This document shows positions 1 through 11,312 of a DNA stretch of 64,000 nt, piece after piece. Where the stretch lies: positions 64,001 to 128,000 of the forward strand of contig JBGAON010000001.1 in assembly GCA_044221725.1 (NCBI GenBank), in the 5' to 3' direction. This DNA comes from Elusimicrobiota bacterium. GTDB lineage: Bacteria; Elusimicrobiota; Elusimicrobia; F11. The notes under the pieces were generated by a model. The model had not been told where the DNA came from. It made no database searches and saw nothing but the letters and a program-made list of their open reading frames with translations. The position numbers and the translations under genes were made by a program. Position 1 is the stretch's first letter; each line of letters starts with the position of its first letter.

Positions 1-104
1 GATACAATTGTTGGCGCCGTTTGTTTGCGACGGGAGCGTCGGTGTTAATTACGCTGGGCTATATTTCGATTCCGGTGGCCGTCGTCGTGGGTGTGGTGAA
101 ATAA
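1..104 (+). CDS. sdhC: Succinate dehydrogenase cytochrome b subunit, 3' fragment
   Basis: Frame 3 reads [33 protein letters not shown], a hydrophobic C-terminal helix; its TAA (102-104) overlaps the sdhA ATG. Not in the ORF track. Confidence 0.8.
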   Translation, partial: YNCWRRLFATGASVLITLGYISIPVAVVVGVVK

Positions 105-2017
105 TGGAACTGAACGCAAAAATTCCGACGGGTTCCCTCGAGACGAAGTGGGAAAACCACAAGAACTCAATCAAACTCGTCAACGCGGCGAACAAACGAA
201 AATACACAGTGTTGGTGGTCGGCTCGGGCTTGGCCGGTGCCGCCGGTGCGGCGTCCTTGGCCGAGCTCGGCTACAATGTGAAATGTTTTTGTTATCAAGA
301 TAGTCCGCGGCGTGCGCATTCGATCGCCGCGCAGGGCGGGATCAACGCCGCAAAGAATTATCCGAACGATGGCGATAGCGTTTACCGCTTGTTTTACGAC
401 ACGATCAAAGGCGGTGACTTCCGGGCGCGCGAAGCCAACGTGTATCGGCTCGCTCAACTTTCGGTGAACATTATTGACCAGTGCGTGGCGCAAGGCGTTC
501 CGTTTGCGCGTGACTACAGCGGGTATCTGGACAATCGCTCGTTTGGTGGCGCGCAGGTTTCGCGCACGTTTTATGCTCGCGGGCAAACCGGGCAGCAACT
601 TTTGCTGGGCGCGTATTCGGCACTTTCTCGTCAGATCGGCGCCGGCCAAGTGAAGATGTATCCGCGCACGGAACTTTTGGATGTGGTGGTGGCCGACAAC
701 CAAGCGCGGGGTATTGTTACGCGCGATCTCGTCACCGGAAAAATCGAGTCTCACGCGGGCGACGCGGTGGTGCTCGCGACCGGTGGTTACGGTAACGTCT
801 ATTTTCTTTCAACAAATGCCAAAGGCTGCAACACAACCGCGATTTGGCGCGCCTACAAAAAAGGTGCCGCGTTCGCGAACCCGTGCTTTACGCAGATTCA
901 TCCGACCTGCATTCCCGTGAGCGGCGATTATCAATCGAAACTTACGCTCATGAGCGAATCGTTGCGCAATGATGGACGCATTTGGGTTCCGAAAAAGAAA
1001 GGTGATCAGCGACCATCGCAGCAAATTCCTGAAGACGAACGCGATTACTATCTTGAACGCAAATATCCGAGTTACGGAAACCTTGTGCCGCGCGACGTAG
1101 CGTCGCGCAACGCCAAACAAGTCTGTGACGAAGGGCGTGGGGTTGGCCCAGGCGGGCTCGGCGTGTATTTGGATTTCGCGGACGCGATCAAGCGGCTTGG
1201 TGCGAACGTGATTAAAGAGCGGTACATGAATTTGTTTGATATGTACAACCGTATCACCGGCGAAGATCCCTACAACGTGCCGATGCGCATTTATCCGGCG
1301 ATTCACTACACAATGGGTGGATTGTGGGTCGACTACAATTTGATGAGCACGGTGAAGGGGCTGTTTGTGGCCGGCGAAGCGAATTTCTCCGACCACGGAG
1401 CCAATCGTCTTGGTGCCAGTGCGCTCATGCAAGGATTGGCCGACGGATATTTTGTTTTGCCTTACACAATTGGCGATTATCTTGCGAATCAAAAAGGGTC
1501 CAAGCCTTCCACGAGCGAACCGGAATTCAAAAAAGTGGAGAGCGAGGTTCAGCAGCGCATGAACACGTTTCTTTCTATTCGTGGCAAGCGGTCTCCGGAT
1601 TGGTTTCACCGCGTGCTCGGAAAAATCGTGTGGGATTATTGCGGCATGTCGCGCACCGAGCAGGGATTGCAAACCGCGCTTCAGAAAATTCCGCAGCTGC
1701 GCGAGGAATTTTGGAAAGACCTTTCGGTCTTAGGCACGGGTGAAGAATTAAATCAATCCCTCGAGAAAGCCGGGCGCGTGGCCGATTTCATCGAATTGGC
1801 AGAGTTGATGTGCATCGACGCTTTGCACCGCCGCGAATCGTGCGGGGGGCATTTCCGCGAAGAAAGCCAAACATCGGATGGCGAAGCTCAGCGTATCGAT
1901 AACGAATTTTCGTATGTGGCCGCCTGGGAATACAAAGGCGAAGGACAAAAGCCGCAGTTGAACAAAGAACCACTGACGTTCGAGAGTGTGCACATCGCTC
2001 AGAGGAGTTATCAGTGA
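104..2017 (+). CDS. sdhA: Succinate dehydrogenase/fumarate reductase flavoprotein subunit
   Basis: GSGLAG FAD motif, [13 protein letters not shown] covalent-FAD His motif, HYTMGG, HGANRLG, RESCGGH. Start moved to ATG 104. Confidence 0.97.
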   Translation: MELNAKIPTGSLETKWENHKNSIKLVNAANKRKYTVLVVGSGLAGAAGAASLAELGYNVKCFCYQDSPRRAHSIAAQGGINAAKNYPNDGDSVYRLFYDTIKGGDFRAREANVYRLAQLSVNIIDQCVAQGVPFARDYSGYLDNRSFGGAQVSRTFYARGQTGQQLLLGAYSALSRQIGAGQVKMYPRTELLDVVVADNQARGIVTRDLVTGKIESHAGDAVVLATGGYGNVYFLSTNAKGCNTTAIWRAYKKGAAFANPCFTQIHPTCIPVSGDYQSKLTLMSESLRNDGRIWVPKKKGDQRPSQQIPEDERDYYLERKYPSYGNLVPRDVASRNAKQVCDEGRGVGPGGLGVYLDFADAIKRLGANVIKERYMNLFDMYNRITGEDPYNVPMRIYPAIHYTMGGLWVDYNLMSTVKGLFVAGEANFSDHGANRLGASALMQGLADGYFVLPYTIGDYLANQKGSKPSTSEPEFKKVESEVQQRMNTFLSIRGKRSPDWFHRVLGKIVWDYCGMSRTEQGLQTALQKIPQLREEFWKDLSVLGTGEELNQSLEKAGRVADFIELAELMCIDALHRRESCGGHFREESQTSDGEAQRIDNEFSYVAAWEYKGEGQKPQLNKEPLTFESVHIAQRSYQ

Positions 2018-2757
2018 AGCTAACGTTAAAAATCTGGCGACAGGCGAACGGTGCGACCGAAGGAAAATTCGTCACCTATCAATTAAACGATGTGAATTCG
2101 GATATGTCGTTTCTCGAAATGTTGGATGTGTTGAACGAACAGCTGATTGCCAAAGGCGAACCGCCGGTGGCATTTGATAGCGATTGCCGTGAGGGCATTT
2201 GTGGCACGTGCGGAATGGTGATCAACGGAACCGCGCACGGACCTCTTCCGGCAACAACCGCGTGCCAGTTGCACATGCGGCATTTCAAAGACGGCGACAC
2301 GATTACGATTGAACCGTGGCGCGCCCGTGCGTTCCCGGTGCTGAAAGATTTGGTGGTCGACCGCGGAGCATTCGACCGCATCATTCAAGCGGGTGGTTTT
2401 ATTTCGGCAAAAACCGGCAGCGCACCCGAAGCGAACACCACGCGTGTTCCCAAGCGGGATTCTGACCATGCGATGGACGCCGCCGCGTGCATCGGTTGCG
2501 GGGCGTGTGTGGCCGCGTGCCCGAACGCGTCAGCAACGTTGTTCGTAGCAGCGAAGATTTCTCACCTTGGCTTGTTGCCACAAGGCCAGCCCGAAAGGGA
2601 AAGGCGGGCGCTGGCGATGGTCAATCAAATGGACAAAGAAGGATTTGGGGGGTGCACGAACATCGGCGAATGCACGGCCGTGTGTCCGAAGGAAATAAGC
2701 CAGAATTTCATCGCGCGCATGAATCGCGATTTCGTTAAAGCCAGCGCTACCGAGTAG
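2014..2757 (+). CDS. sdhB: Succinate dehydrogenase/fumarate reductase iron-sulfur subunit
   Basis: [21 protein letters not shown] and [12 protein letters not shown]e-S motifs; overlaps the sdhA stop. Confidence 0.97.
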   Translation: MKLTLKIWRQANGATEGKFVTYQLNDVNSDMSFLEMLDVLNEQLIAKGEPPVAFDSDCREGICGTCGMVINGTAHGPLPATTACQLHMRHFKDGDTITIEPWRARAFPVLKDLVVDRGAFDRIIQAGGFISAKTGSAPEANTTRVPKRDSDHAMDAAACIGCGACVAACPNASATLFVAAKISHLGLLPQGQPERERRALAMVNQMDKEGFGGCTNIGECTAVCPKEISQNFIARMNRDFVKASATE

Positions 2758-2770
2758 CGGTTAAGAAAAA

Positions 2771-4969
2771 TTATTCGAGAACTTCGTCGGATTCCGATCC
2801 GAGGTCTTTCGAGTGGTCGTACGGACAGAAATCCGTGGGAATAGTCCCTTCACGAAACGCTTCCAGAATCACTTTCGGACACGTGGGCAATGCCAGATAT
2901 CCGGTGTCGGCATCGATTTTTGCGAATTCGATTTTTGGGGGAATCGCAAAATCTTTCACCGGAACGGTTTTTAGTGCTTCGCGCATGAAGTCGGTCCAGA
3001 GTGGCACCGCGACGTTTGAAGCGCTCAATCCTTTCTTGAGTGGTCGAAAGTCGTCGTAGCCGACCCACACGCCGCACACCAAGTCCGGCGAAAAACCGAC
3101 GAACAAAAGATCGCGCTGGTCTTGCGTGGTCCCGGTTTTACCAGCCAATGGGCGTCCGAGCCGCTTCGCGTACCAACCGGTGCCGTGCTCCACAACCCCT
3201 TTCATAAGATTGACCGTGAGATAAACCGTTTGCGGATTAAGTCGCGCGGCAATTTTTGGCGCCGTCTCTTGAAGGATTTTTCCGCGCCGATCGGCAACGC
3301 GTTCGATAAAAAACGGTTCTGCATAATAGCCGCCGCTGGCGAGCGTTCCATAGGCGGCCGTGAGCTCTACGAGATTCACCACCGAGGTTCCGAGCCCCAG
3401 CGACAACACCGCGGCGAGATTGCTTTGAATGCCGGCCGCGTGCGCCAAACGCGCCACGGCGCGGGGGCCAACGGCGTCCACCAATCGGATCGAAACCAAG
3501 TTCCGGGATTTCTGTAACGCTTTGCGCAGCGTGAGCGGGCCCAAATATTTGTTGTCAAAGTTCTGTGGGCGCCAAAACCGTTTCATCAGCGCATCGCGCT
3601 CTTCTTTTTTCATTTTGTCCAATTGGGCCTGCGTCATCTGCAAATTGTCGAGAATTGCCGCTTGTGTTTCGGCGTACGTCGTGGTTTCCGCCAACAGCGT
3701 CGGGTCGGACTCCATATCGATAAACACGAGCGGGTTATCCTCGACAACGCTAGCGGCCGTAAATTTTTCTTCAAGCGCGGTCGCGTATACGAAAGGTTTA
3801 AACGAAGACCCAGGCTGCCGTTTGGCTTGCATGGCACGATTGAATTGGGACTTGTAGAAATCGCGTCCGCCCACCATTGCGCGAATGGCACCCGTGTGCA
3901 CGTCCATGGCGACAAGCGCGCCCTGAAGATGGGGTGCGATTGTCGAGATAACAACTTGGTTCGTCGTATTCTTTTGCAGATCCCGGTTGTATTCAGCGAG
4001 TGTCGCCGTGGCAAATTTCAGGTCGTATTCCGCGCAGTGTTTCTCCAGCACGGCTTCGGCCACTTTCTGTAGTTTTAAATCGAGTGTTGTTCGGATTTGC
4101 AGACCGCCCTGTTCCAAAGTTTCCACGCCGTAAACGGGCTCGAGATCTTTTCGGACTTCTTCGAGCAAGTAAGGCGCTTCTTTTACTTTGAAGCTTGTCG
4201 ACGTGGGAACGACGGGGGTCGCGTTCGCCTGCGCTTCTTCGGCATCGGAAATAAATTTCAGATCTTTCATGCGTCGCAGCACGGTGGCACGTCGGTCGCG
4301 CGCGATTTCGGCGCTGTTGGTCGGGGAATAGCGGTTCGGAGACCGAATAAGACCCGCGAGCAATGCGCATTCGGCAAGGTTCAGTTCCTGCGTGTGCTTA
4401 TCGAAATAAAGTCGCGAGGCAGCTTCCACGCCGTAAGCTCCGCCACCGAAATAAATTTGATTCAAATAAAGCTGAAGGATTTCGTCTTTCGAGTAACGGT
4501 GCTCGATTTGCAGAGTTAAGAGCAATTCCTTGAATTTGCGACCGAGCGTTTTTTTGCGCGTCAGAAAAATCGTTTTGGCCAATTGTTGCGTGAGTGTTGA
4601 TCCACCTTGCACAACACGGCCGGCCATAAGATTCGCGGAGGTGGCGCGCATGATAGCGCGCAGATTAATGCCCCAATGCGTATAGAAATCCGTGTCTTCG
4701 ATGGCCATGACCGCCGACCGGAGGTCGACCGGAATTTGTGTGAGCGGAACGGTTGTTCGTCGTTCGGTAAAAAATTCGCCGACCGGCTGCCCGTTTGAAT
4801 CGGTTACCTGTGTAACCAGTGGCGGTACATATTCGCGTAGCGAATCAACCGATGGCAGGTCTTCAATCGCGTTGCCGATGAAGGTCAAAGTCAATGTGGC
4901 CCATCCTCCGACAAAAATCAGAATGGCAACGCCCATCCACGATTTCAAGTATTGCTTCTTAAAATTCAT
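2771..4969 (-). CDS. mrcA: Penicillin-binding protein 1A (transglycosylase/transpeptidase)
   Basis: N-terminal TM helix; EDTDFYTHWG, GGSTLTQQLAK and RKFKE GT51 motifs; SSFK, SRN and KTGT transpeptidase motifs. Confidence 0.93.
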   Translation of the reverse strand: MNFKKQYLKSWMGVAILIFVGGWATLTLTFIGNAIEDLPSVDSLREYVPPLVTQVTDSNGQPVGEFFTERRTTVPLTQIPVDLRSAVMAIEDTDFYTHWGINLRAIMRATSANLMAGRVVQGGSTLTQQLAKTIFLTRKKTLGRKFKELLLTLQIEHRYSKDEILQLYLNQIYFGGGAYGVEAASRLYFDKHTQELNLAECALLAGLIRSPNRYSPTNSAEIARDRRATVLRRMKDLKFISDAEEAQANATPVVPTSTSFKVKEAPYLLEEVRKDLEPVYGVETLEQGGLQIRTTLDLKLQKVAEAVLEKHCAEYDLKFATATLAEYNRDLQKNTTNQVVISTIAPHLQGALVAMDVHTGAIRAMVGGRDFYKSQFNRAMQAKRQPGSSFKPFVYATALEEKFTAASVVEDNPLVFIDMESDPTLLAETTTYAETQAAILDNLQMTQAQLDKMKKEERDALMKRFWRPQNFDNKYLGPLTLRKALQKSRNLVSIRLVDAVGPRAVARLAHAAGIQSNLAAVLSLGLGTSVVNLVELTAAYGTLASGGYYAEPFFIERVADRRGKILQETAPKIAARLNPQTVYLTVNLMKGVVEHGTGWYAKRLGRPLAGKTGTTQDQRDLLFVGFSPDLVCGVWVGYDDFRPLKKGLSASNVAVPLWTDFMREALKTVPVKDFAIPPKIEFAKIDADTGYLALPTCPKVILEAFREGTIPTDFCPYDHSKDLGSESDEVLE

Positions 4970-4970
4970 G

Positions 4971-5411
4971 TCACATCAAAAAGGGGCGGTCGTTGGACCA
5001 ATAAAAGTCGAGCAAATAACGCCAAGATTTCAGAGTCAATTGTTCTTTGTGGGCGTGTTCCAATAAGCGTCGGGCGATCGGTAAAGCGTGGCTCGCATAA
5101 CCGGTTTTTATCCAGCCGGTGAAACGATGCGCTAGCATAAGCGCCATGGTTGCGTTTAAAGGGGAACGGTTTAGAAGTGTCGCAAGATCCAACGGAGTGT
5201 TGACGAGTTCCACATGATCTTCGACAGCGTGTGTATCGAGCCCGCAGACGCGCCCGATTGTTTGTAACGAAATTCCTTCGCGAAGAAATTGTTGGAAACA
5301 TTTTGCACGTTCGATCAGCCCGCAGCCCATGAGATCGTCGAGATTAATTCGTGCGAACGGAATGCCGTTCAAATCTGTTGTTTCAACGTTGAGTGTCGTC
5401 GGATTGGACAA
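4971..5411 (-). CDS. Hypothetical protein resembling an isolated ParB/Spo0J HTH region
   Basis: LIERAKCFQQFLREGISLQTIGRVCGL resembles the ParB 'PIEEARAYQRL...' HTH; abuts PBP1A. Confidence 0.45.
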   Translation of the reverse strand: MSNPTTLNVETTDLNGIPFARINLDDLMGCGLIERAKCFQQFLREGISLQTIGRVCGLDTHAVEDHVELVNTPLDLATLLNRSPLNATMALMLAHRFTGWIKTGYASHALPIARRLLEHAHKEQLTLKSWRYLLDFYWSNDRPFLM

Positions 5412-5458
5412 TGAAAAAAACTCCCGAAAATTCAGAAAATAAAAGCGACTTTATCATT

Positions 5459-6889
5459 TCACGGTGCGCTCCCTTCGTTCTGGTTTTTACTCGTTACGGC
5501 GACGGCGCGCCACGCCATGCAGTCGAGCGGGAATTCTTCAAGGGACGCTTGGACGCCGGTCAAAATGAGAGAAGGGTCCCCGAGCACGCTGCGCGGCACT
5601 TTGATGGTGATTTGCTTTTCTTTTTGAACGAACTGAATGTTTGGTGTCATTAGCCGCTTCGACCCGTCGAAGAATTTGTGGGAAAAACGGCCGACTTCAA
5701 GCCGGATTTTCGGCATGTTGCCGAACGGCGTGTCCGCACGGTATCCGAACAGATAAATCGATAGTCGGGTTTTTTCCTTCAGCGGATTTTTGAAGCGCGT
5801 GCTGAGGACAATTTGGCCGTCCTCAATGCTGGCGCGGCGTTTTTCTATGTACACATAGGCGTCTTTTTCTTCCGGCGTGAATTCTTCCGGTAATTCCGAT
5901 TCCGCGAACAATTCTCCTTCCCCGAGATCCGTGGCCGATGACGCGTGAATGTGGTACGTCGGAAAATCACCGAACATTTCGTTCGTGCGAACGAACGATG
6001 ACAAATATTTGCCGCTGTATTCGAACTGTGTTTTGTGCTGATGGATCGCGAAATACTTGCCACCGATTTCATCTTTTGTGAGATCCATTTCTTTCCACGT
6101 CATGGCTTTCGCGAAGATTGGCGGCATGACCAAATCTTCGTCCGGGTGATAGCCCTGGGGCACTGGCCAATGACGGAAGCGGTAGTGGATGAGGAAAGGC
6201 AATATTTCCGGAGACAACTCGTCCTCTAAATCCCAGAGCGCCACGCGCAAAAACAAATACGCCGCACGATGATCGGGATTTTCGTCGGCGGGATTTGTTA
6301 CGAAGACTTTCGTTGGCTGAAATTCCCGCAGTATTGAACGGAGATCGTTCAGTATCTCTTCGCCTTTGTAAGGCGCTTGGAAGTGATACGCGTCTTTATA
6401 AGGAACGCTACCCGCATTTGTCCAGCCACCTTTAAACGGTGGGGCGTTGCCCCAGCGGTAAAGCCAAATAGCGAGGGTGCCATGATCCGGATATCCGAGA
6501 AACACCAAATTTTCCTTCGAGACACCAAGTACCTTGGATGCGGCCACGGCTTCCTGTTGCCTCAGTTTACCGAGAGCCAGCATTCCCTTTGCCGTGAGTA
6601 TCGGACGTTTGCGATAAACCGTGTACGACCACGCATTGAAATCACCGTTCGTTAAGAAAACCACGCGCACCGGCAAATTCAATTTCACGGCGCGTTGCAA
6701 AACGCCGCCCGCGCCCAACACTTCGTCGTCGGGATGCGGCGCCAAAATGAGGATTCTATCGGTAGCACCAAACAGAAGCGGCGCTACAATTCGGCTGTCG
6801 TCCGCGTGTGCGTCTTGCGGTGCGGTACATGCAAAAAAACCAAGGAAGGCAAGGATGGCGAAAGGAGAAGAACCGACAAGGGATTTCAT
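5459..6889 (-). CDS. PIG-L/LmbE family deacetylase, exported
   Basis: Signal peptide; APHPDDE, FLTNGD, FLGYPD and NPDH motifs. Confidence 0.88.
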   Translation of the reverse strand: MKSLVGSSPFAILAFLGFFACTAPQDAHADDSRIVAPLLFGATDRILILAPHPDDEVLGAGGVLQRAVKLNLPVRVVFLTNGDFNAWSYTVYRKRPILTAKGMLALGKLRQQEAVAASKVLGVSKENLVFLGYPDHGTLAIWLYRWGNAPPFKGGWTNAGSVPYKDAYHFQAPYKGEEILNDLRSILREFQPTKVFVTNPADENPDHRAAYLFLRVALWDLEDELSPEILPFLIHYRFRHWPVPQGYHPDEDLVMPPIFAKAMTWKEMDLTKDEIGGKYFAIHQHKTQFEYSGKYLSSFVRTNEMFGDFPTYHIHASSATDLGEGELFAESELPEEFTPEEKDAYVYIEKRRASIEDGQIVLSTRFKNPLKEKTRLSIYLFGYRADTPFGNMPKIRLEVGRFSHKFFDGSKRLMTPNIQFVQKEKQITIKVPRSVLGDPSLILTGVQASLEEFPLDCMAWRAVAVTSKNQNEGSAP

Positions 6890-8433
6890 TTCAGCAGAAA
6901 AATGCCGTTAAAAACGGGTTGCAGATCTTGTTTATTAAGATTGAGTTCCTGATAAAAAGGACATTCCTCAGAAAAATAATTTAAATCCGAGTCGACGAAC
7001 CAGACGGTACCACGATTTCTCGTGGCCTGCTGTTTCAGTTCGAATAGCTTTGCCTTATCTATAGTGGCCACACCGCGCTGGTCCTTCGCGACAGCAAAAA
7101 TGGGAATCTGCCCTTTGGCACTTTCGATGTGAAATGTTGGTGGGAGATAGAACATGTTGAAACCATGCGAAATTGTGATGCCGGGAAGCTGCAGAAATGC
7201 GAATCGATCCAAATCGTACACGTAAGTGGCCGCGGTGTTGGGATTGCTGAAAACGATGGTGTCGTTGGCGCGCATGCTTTTTGAAAGAAAGTTCAAATTG
7301 GCGTAGAGACTTTCCGTCGCATCTTTTTTTGCTGCCAAATAGCGGCTTAAGGAACCGTGGGCCCCGAGCAGTGTCGCACACGTTACCACCGACATGAGCG
7401 AGAGGAATGCCCCCTCTTTTAGCGGAACTCTTTTCACGATACGAGCGATCAGTTCGGTTGCACCGAACGCCACAAAACCGAGGTACAGCGGCAGAATTGG
7501 AATCGCAAACCGCGGATACAACGGCATGTGGGCGCTATAAAGAAAAAGAAACAACGCGCCGAGCACCGCCGCGATCAAGCCGCTCCCGTACAATGCAACA
7601 TTCTTCATCGCCGAATTTTTCGTAGCGAATAAAAAGCCAACTCCTGCGAGCAAACTGTACGACACCACAACGACGGGGTTGAATTGATTAAAGCGCCAAA
7701 CAAAGTGCTGAATGGCCAAACCGCCGATCGTTTCTTTTTTGGCGAAGGCGAACGTGCCATTTGAAATGAGCTCATGTCCCATAAGGGCCCAGTGAGCGAT
7801 GGGAATCACGAGCGGTAGAGCCATGAGCACCCGTGTCTTTCGCGACAGTTGGTGCCTTGCGCAGAAGATATCGATGCCACTTTTAATCGCCGAGAACGGA
7901 TAAATCAATTGGAACGCACACGTGGATCCGAGATACCCGCGCAGCGAGGCGCCGCGGCGCAGCAAAAGAAAAAAAGAAAATGTCGATAAGAGCGCCAAAA
8001 AAACCATCAACGAATACGGTCGAAACGTTTGCGCATATTCGATGTGCAACGTCGACACGGCCATCAACCAGGCCCACAACCATGCCAGCGGTCGTCCCGA
8101 GATTGTTCGTCCAAAGATGTAGGTCAAAGCGACCGCGAGCAGGCTCCAAAAAATCGGTACGAATCGTAAGAGATAAATCGAGGTCGTGATCTTCGTTGCG
8201 GCGGACCCAACCACATAATCCAATAAGTATTGTTGCGGGCCGGTCGCGTGAATGGCGGCGAAAAAGTCGTGCAAGTTTGTGCGGGACGCCGTGTAGATTT
8301 GAAACAGCTCATCGATATCGGCGTAAATGATCTTTAGCGAAAAAATCCGCAGTCCGGCCGCGACCAGCAGAAGAAGCGTGCCGTTAACCACGTCAACGGT
8401 GTAATTTCGTTTCATCGACGAAAAGGTCGGCAA
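6886..8433 (-). CDS. GT-C fold (GT39/ArnT-like) membrane glycosyltransferase
   Basis: Many TM segments, early DE motif (DIDE), YAQTFRPYSL. Confidence 0.75.
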   Translation of the reverse strand: MPTFSSMKRNYTVDVVNGTLLLLVAAGLRIFSLKIIYADIDELFQIYTASRTNLHDFFAAIHATGPQQYLLDYVVGSAATKITTSIYLLRFVPIFWSLLAVALTYIFGRTISGRPLAWLWAWLMAVSTLHIEYAQTFRPYSLMVFLALLSTFSFFLLLRRGASLRGYLGSTCAFQLIYPFSAIKSGIDIFCARHQLSRKTRVLMALPLVIPIAHWALMGHELISNGTFAFAKKETIGGLAIQHFVWRFNQFNPVVVVSYSLLAGVGFLFATKNSAMKNVALYGSGLIAAVLGALFLFLYSAHMPLYPRFAIPILPLYLGFVAFGATELIARIVKRVPLKEGAFLSLMSVVTCATLLGAHGSLSRYLAAKKDATESLYANLNFLSKSMRANDTIVFSNPNTAATYVYDLDRFAFLQLPGITISHGFNMFYLPPTFHIESAKGQIPIFAVAKDQRGVATIDKAKLFELKQQATRNRGTVWFVDSDLNYFSEECPFYQELNLNKQDLQPVFNGIFLLK

Positions 8434-9550
8434 TGCTTGGGGTGATCCATTCCGCCGCGAGCTTGAGACCCAGCGAATTAAAATGCAAATACGTTGTCTG
8501 GTACAACGACGGATTTCCGGGATGAAGATACCAATCTCTCACAATCGGATTGAGATCGACAAATGGCACGTTGTTGGTTTTGGCCCAGTCGCCGATCCAT
8601 TCGGCAAAATAATTCCTTTTGAATCCAAGGCTCTCAAGCGATTGGCCCGGCTTCGGCGACGTGGGGACGTTCGGAAATATTTCATTTCCAGGAATATAAA
8701 CAAAAAGCATGGGGACATTGCGATTTGCGAGCAGTGACCGCAGACCATTCAAATGCGCTTCGGTTCGTTGCCACTCGCGCGTCCAGTGTTCGGGTTCGAT
8801 CAAATATCCGGACGAATTTGAACCGACAAGATGGGCGGCGCCGTCCGCCCGTTTCCTTTCGCGCTCAAAGTGTGGCTCGTTGAAGATTTGCTGAGAAACC
8901 GTTTGGCGGCCAAATTTGAACCGGGTGTATACCGTTTCGCAGTAAAGGTACGAGAGAATATTTGAACGCCGAAACCAGGTTGGCATCTTGTTCCACCAAG
9001 CGTCGGCACGGTAATAAGCGTTTTTCAACCGCAACGCAGCATCGTCGTCCATGTCGTTATCGAAAACGCAGATCACGCACGCATCAATGTTGTAGTCGAG
9101 AATTTTGCGAAGCCAGAATTCATAATGCCCGGGGGATCCGCCGCGCACGCCGCAATTCATCACTTGAACGGCTCTGCCCAGTCGTTGCGTGAGATTGCGT
9201 TCAAGCTGTTTGGGAATCGTCTCTTCCTGTTTTTCTCCCATTCCTTCGATAAACGAATCTCCGAAGACGGCCACGCGGAAAACGCCCTCCGGTTTTTTCT
9301 TCGAATAAGGAATGTCTCGAAACCCCAAGCTGTTCGTGCGATATTTTGCTCCGTCGTATTCGAATTCCGCGTTTGGAATGAACTGATGAATCTGGGTCGG
9401 CGACGAAACCACGAACGTTGTGTTGTTGCGCGGCACGGACGGTCGATCGTAAGGTGCAAAACGACCAATCGCAAGATCCGCCACTATCAGAAATGACGAA
9501 AAAAGGCAGACGGTAATCAACGAAAAAGCGACTTGCTTCCGTAAATCCAT
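8393..9550 (-). CDS. SGNH/GDSL hydrolase family protein
   Basis: TM anchor; TNSLGFRD, FGDSFIEG, NCGVRG, DNDMDD and HFNSLG blocks. Confidence 0.85.
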   Translation of the reverse strand: MDLRKQVAFSLITVCLFSSFLIVADLAIGRFAPYDRPSVPRNNTTFVVSSPTQIHQFIPNAEFEYDGAKYRTNSLGFRDIPYSKKKPEGVFRVAVFGDSFIEGMGEKQEETIPKQLERNLTQRLGRAVQVMNCGVRGGSPGHYEFWLRKILDYNIDACVICVFDNDMDDDAALRLKNAYYRADAWWNKMPTWFRRSNILSYLYCETVYTRFKFGRQTVSQQIFNEPHFERERKRADGAAHLVGSNSSGYLIEPEHWTREWQRTEAHLNGLRSLLANRNVPMLFVYIPGNEIFPNVPTSPKPGQSLESLGFKRNYFAEWIGDWAKTNNVPFVDLNPIVRDWYLHPGNPSLYQTTYLHFNSLGLKLAAEWITPSIADLFVDETKLHR

Positions 9551-9606
9551 TGCGATTAAAACTCCTGTTTGGGAATGGGCCGTATCATATGTAAAGTATT
9601 TTTACT

Positions 9607-11262
9607 TTGAATAAAAAATCCGTTCTTCCAGCCATTGCTTTGGTCCTTTTCGCAGCAGGGTCGGCCGTATTGGGTGCGGACGCAGACAAAGATTCCTCTC
9701 TAAAATCCACACTCGAAACAGTGTTTGGCCGCTTCTTGCGGCGTGATCTCACTATCGAAAAATTACGCTGGCGATTCTTGGCCACCTATAAGGCGTCGGA
9801 GGTGAAACTATGGGAATCGCCGGGCGTGCTGATGGCCCAGGCGCCGCGCGCCGCGATGACCGTGTCTTGGAAAACGCTTTTTACGGGACGCCTTCATATT
9901 GGACGAATGCGATTTAAGGATGCGACGGCCACGTTTCGATTCGATCACAACGGGCACTCGAATTTGACCGATATGATCCGCGACCTTGTGACGTTTGCAC
10001 GCGAAAATCGCAAACCCGGCCAACGTCAGAAAGTGGTTTACAACGTGTTTCAAATTGACAATGCGAAGCTCGACATCGTCGATACGTCGACCAACATCAA
10101 ACCGTTTCGAACCCCCTTCGTTATAAATGCGAAGGGCGATATCAATGGGTTGGGGCCCAAAACCAAATTCCCGTTTCATTTGGACGCGGTGCAAACGTCC
10201 ACCGGCTCAGCGATGCACGCAAAAATCTGGGGCACGATGAGCAGCCAGCCTATTATTCACGCTTCGGCGGCGCGGGTTCCGCTCGATGTTATTTCGGATT
10301 ATCTGCCGGTGGTTCGGTGGTTTCAAGGTACCACAGATGCGCGCTTCGATTTTTCAAAAGGCGGTTGCTACCGGTTTTGGAAGGTTACCTTCGCAAACGA
10401 CGCGATTCGGCTCACGTTGCCTTACGCGTTTCCTTTGCTCCGTGTTGACGGATTTTTTCACGCGCACATTCCCTCGCGATTGAAAATTAAACTTGAGGGG
10501 AAGCAAAGTCACGTTGATGTGTTGTTAACCATTCTCGGTTTTCGGTCGAAAAAAGTAGCGCTCGTTGTAAACAGTTCGGATCTTGCGATCGAGGAGTTTA
10601 TTCAGTGGTGTCGCACCGCGATGATTCTCAATAATGCACAGAGCGATGGCAGCGTACCGACGGGCGGATCGGTTCCGTTGCCGGTATGGAAAGTTACCGG
10701 CCAAGCAGACGTTCGGGCGGAACTTAACTCTGTGATGGGGCCGCAGCTAATTCGGCGGGCCGCCGGAAAAATTCAATTTCAAATTCGCGACGGTGTTTTG
10801 TCCGATATGCCGGGCTTCGTGAAAATGATTTCGATGCTCAACCTGTCCTCGTTCCTATCGGCCGCACAGGCGAAACCAGAAGGTTTGGCTTTTGGAACCG
10901 TCAACGGCACCATCGATATCAAAGATGGCGCGGCGCAGACGCGCGGCTTAATTTTTCTCGAAGGGAACACGTTGGATATTGGCGTGATCGGCCGCGTAAA
11001 CTTTGCCAAGCAGGCGATTAACGTGCGGATGTTGGTCGGCATCGTTAGCGTCCCTGAGAACGTGATTGCGAAGATTCCTTTTGTGCGGCGTTTTGGTCCG
11101 AAGCAAGTCGGAGTGATTCCCATTTGGCTTGCGATACAAGGTCCGTTTCGCAAACCCGTTGTTCGCGTTTTATCGCTTAAGACTTTCGACCCGCAGCTGT
11201 GGAAGACATTGCCGCCTGGGCTTCGGATCCCCGAAGAAGAGATAAAGAAAATCTACCAATAA
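9607..11262 (+). CDS. AsmA-like protein
   Basis: Signal/anchor, beta-rich body, AsmA-type C-terminus (FGTVNGTIDIKDG...IQGPFRKPVV). Confidence 0.65.
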   Translation: MNKKSVLPAIALVLFAAGSAVLGADADKDSSLKSTLETVFGRFLRRDLTIEKLRWRFLATYKASEVKLWESPGVLMAQAPRAAMTVSWKTLFTGRLHIGRMRFKDATATFRFDHNGHSNLTDMIRDLVTFARENRKPGQRQKVVYNVFQIDNAKLDIVDTSTNIKPFRTPFVINAKGDINGLGPKTKFPFHLDAVQTSTGSAMHAKIWGTMSSQPIIHASAARVPLDVISDYLPVVRWFQGTTDARFDFSKGGCYRFWKVTFANDAIRLTLPYAFPLLRVDGFFHAHIPSRLKIKLEGKQSHVDVLLTILGFRSKKVALVVNSSDLAIEEFIQWCRTAMILNNAQSDGSVPTGGSVPLPVWKVTGQADVRAELNSVMGPQLIRRAAGKIQFQIRDGVLSDMPGFVKMISMLNLSSFLSAAQAKPEGLAFGTVNGTIDIKDGAAQTRGLIFLEGNTLDIGVIGRVNFAKQAINVRMLVGIVSVPENVIAKIPFVRRFGPKQVGVIPIWLAIQGPFRKPVVRVLSLKTFDPQLWKTLPPGLRIPEEEIKKIYQ

Positions 11263-11295
11263 AGAAACCCGCCGACGTTTTCACGCCGACGGGTT
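11261..11295 (-). terminator. Intrinsic terminator
   Basis: Minus strand AACCCGTCGGCGT-GAAA-ACGTCGGCGGGTT then TCTTT; 13-bp stem with G-U pairs, between convergent genes. Confidence 0.8.
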
Positions 11296-11312
11296 CAAGA
11301 AAGATTGGGTGA

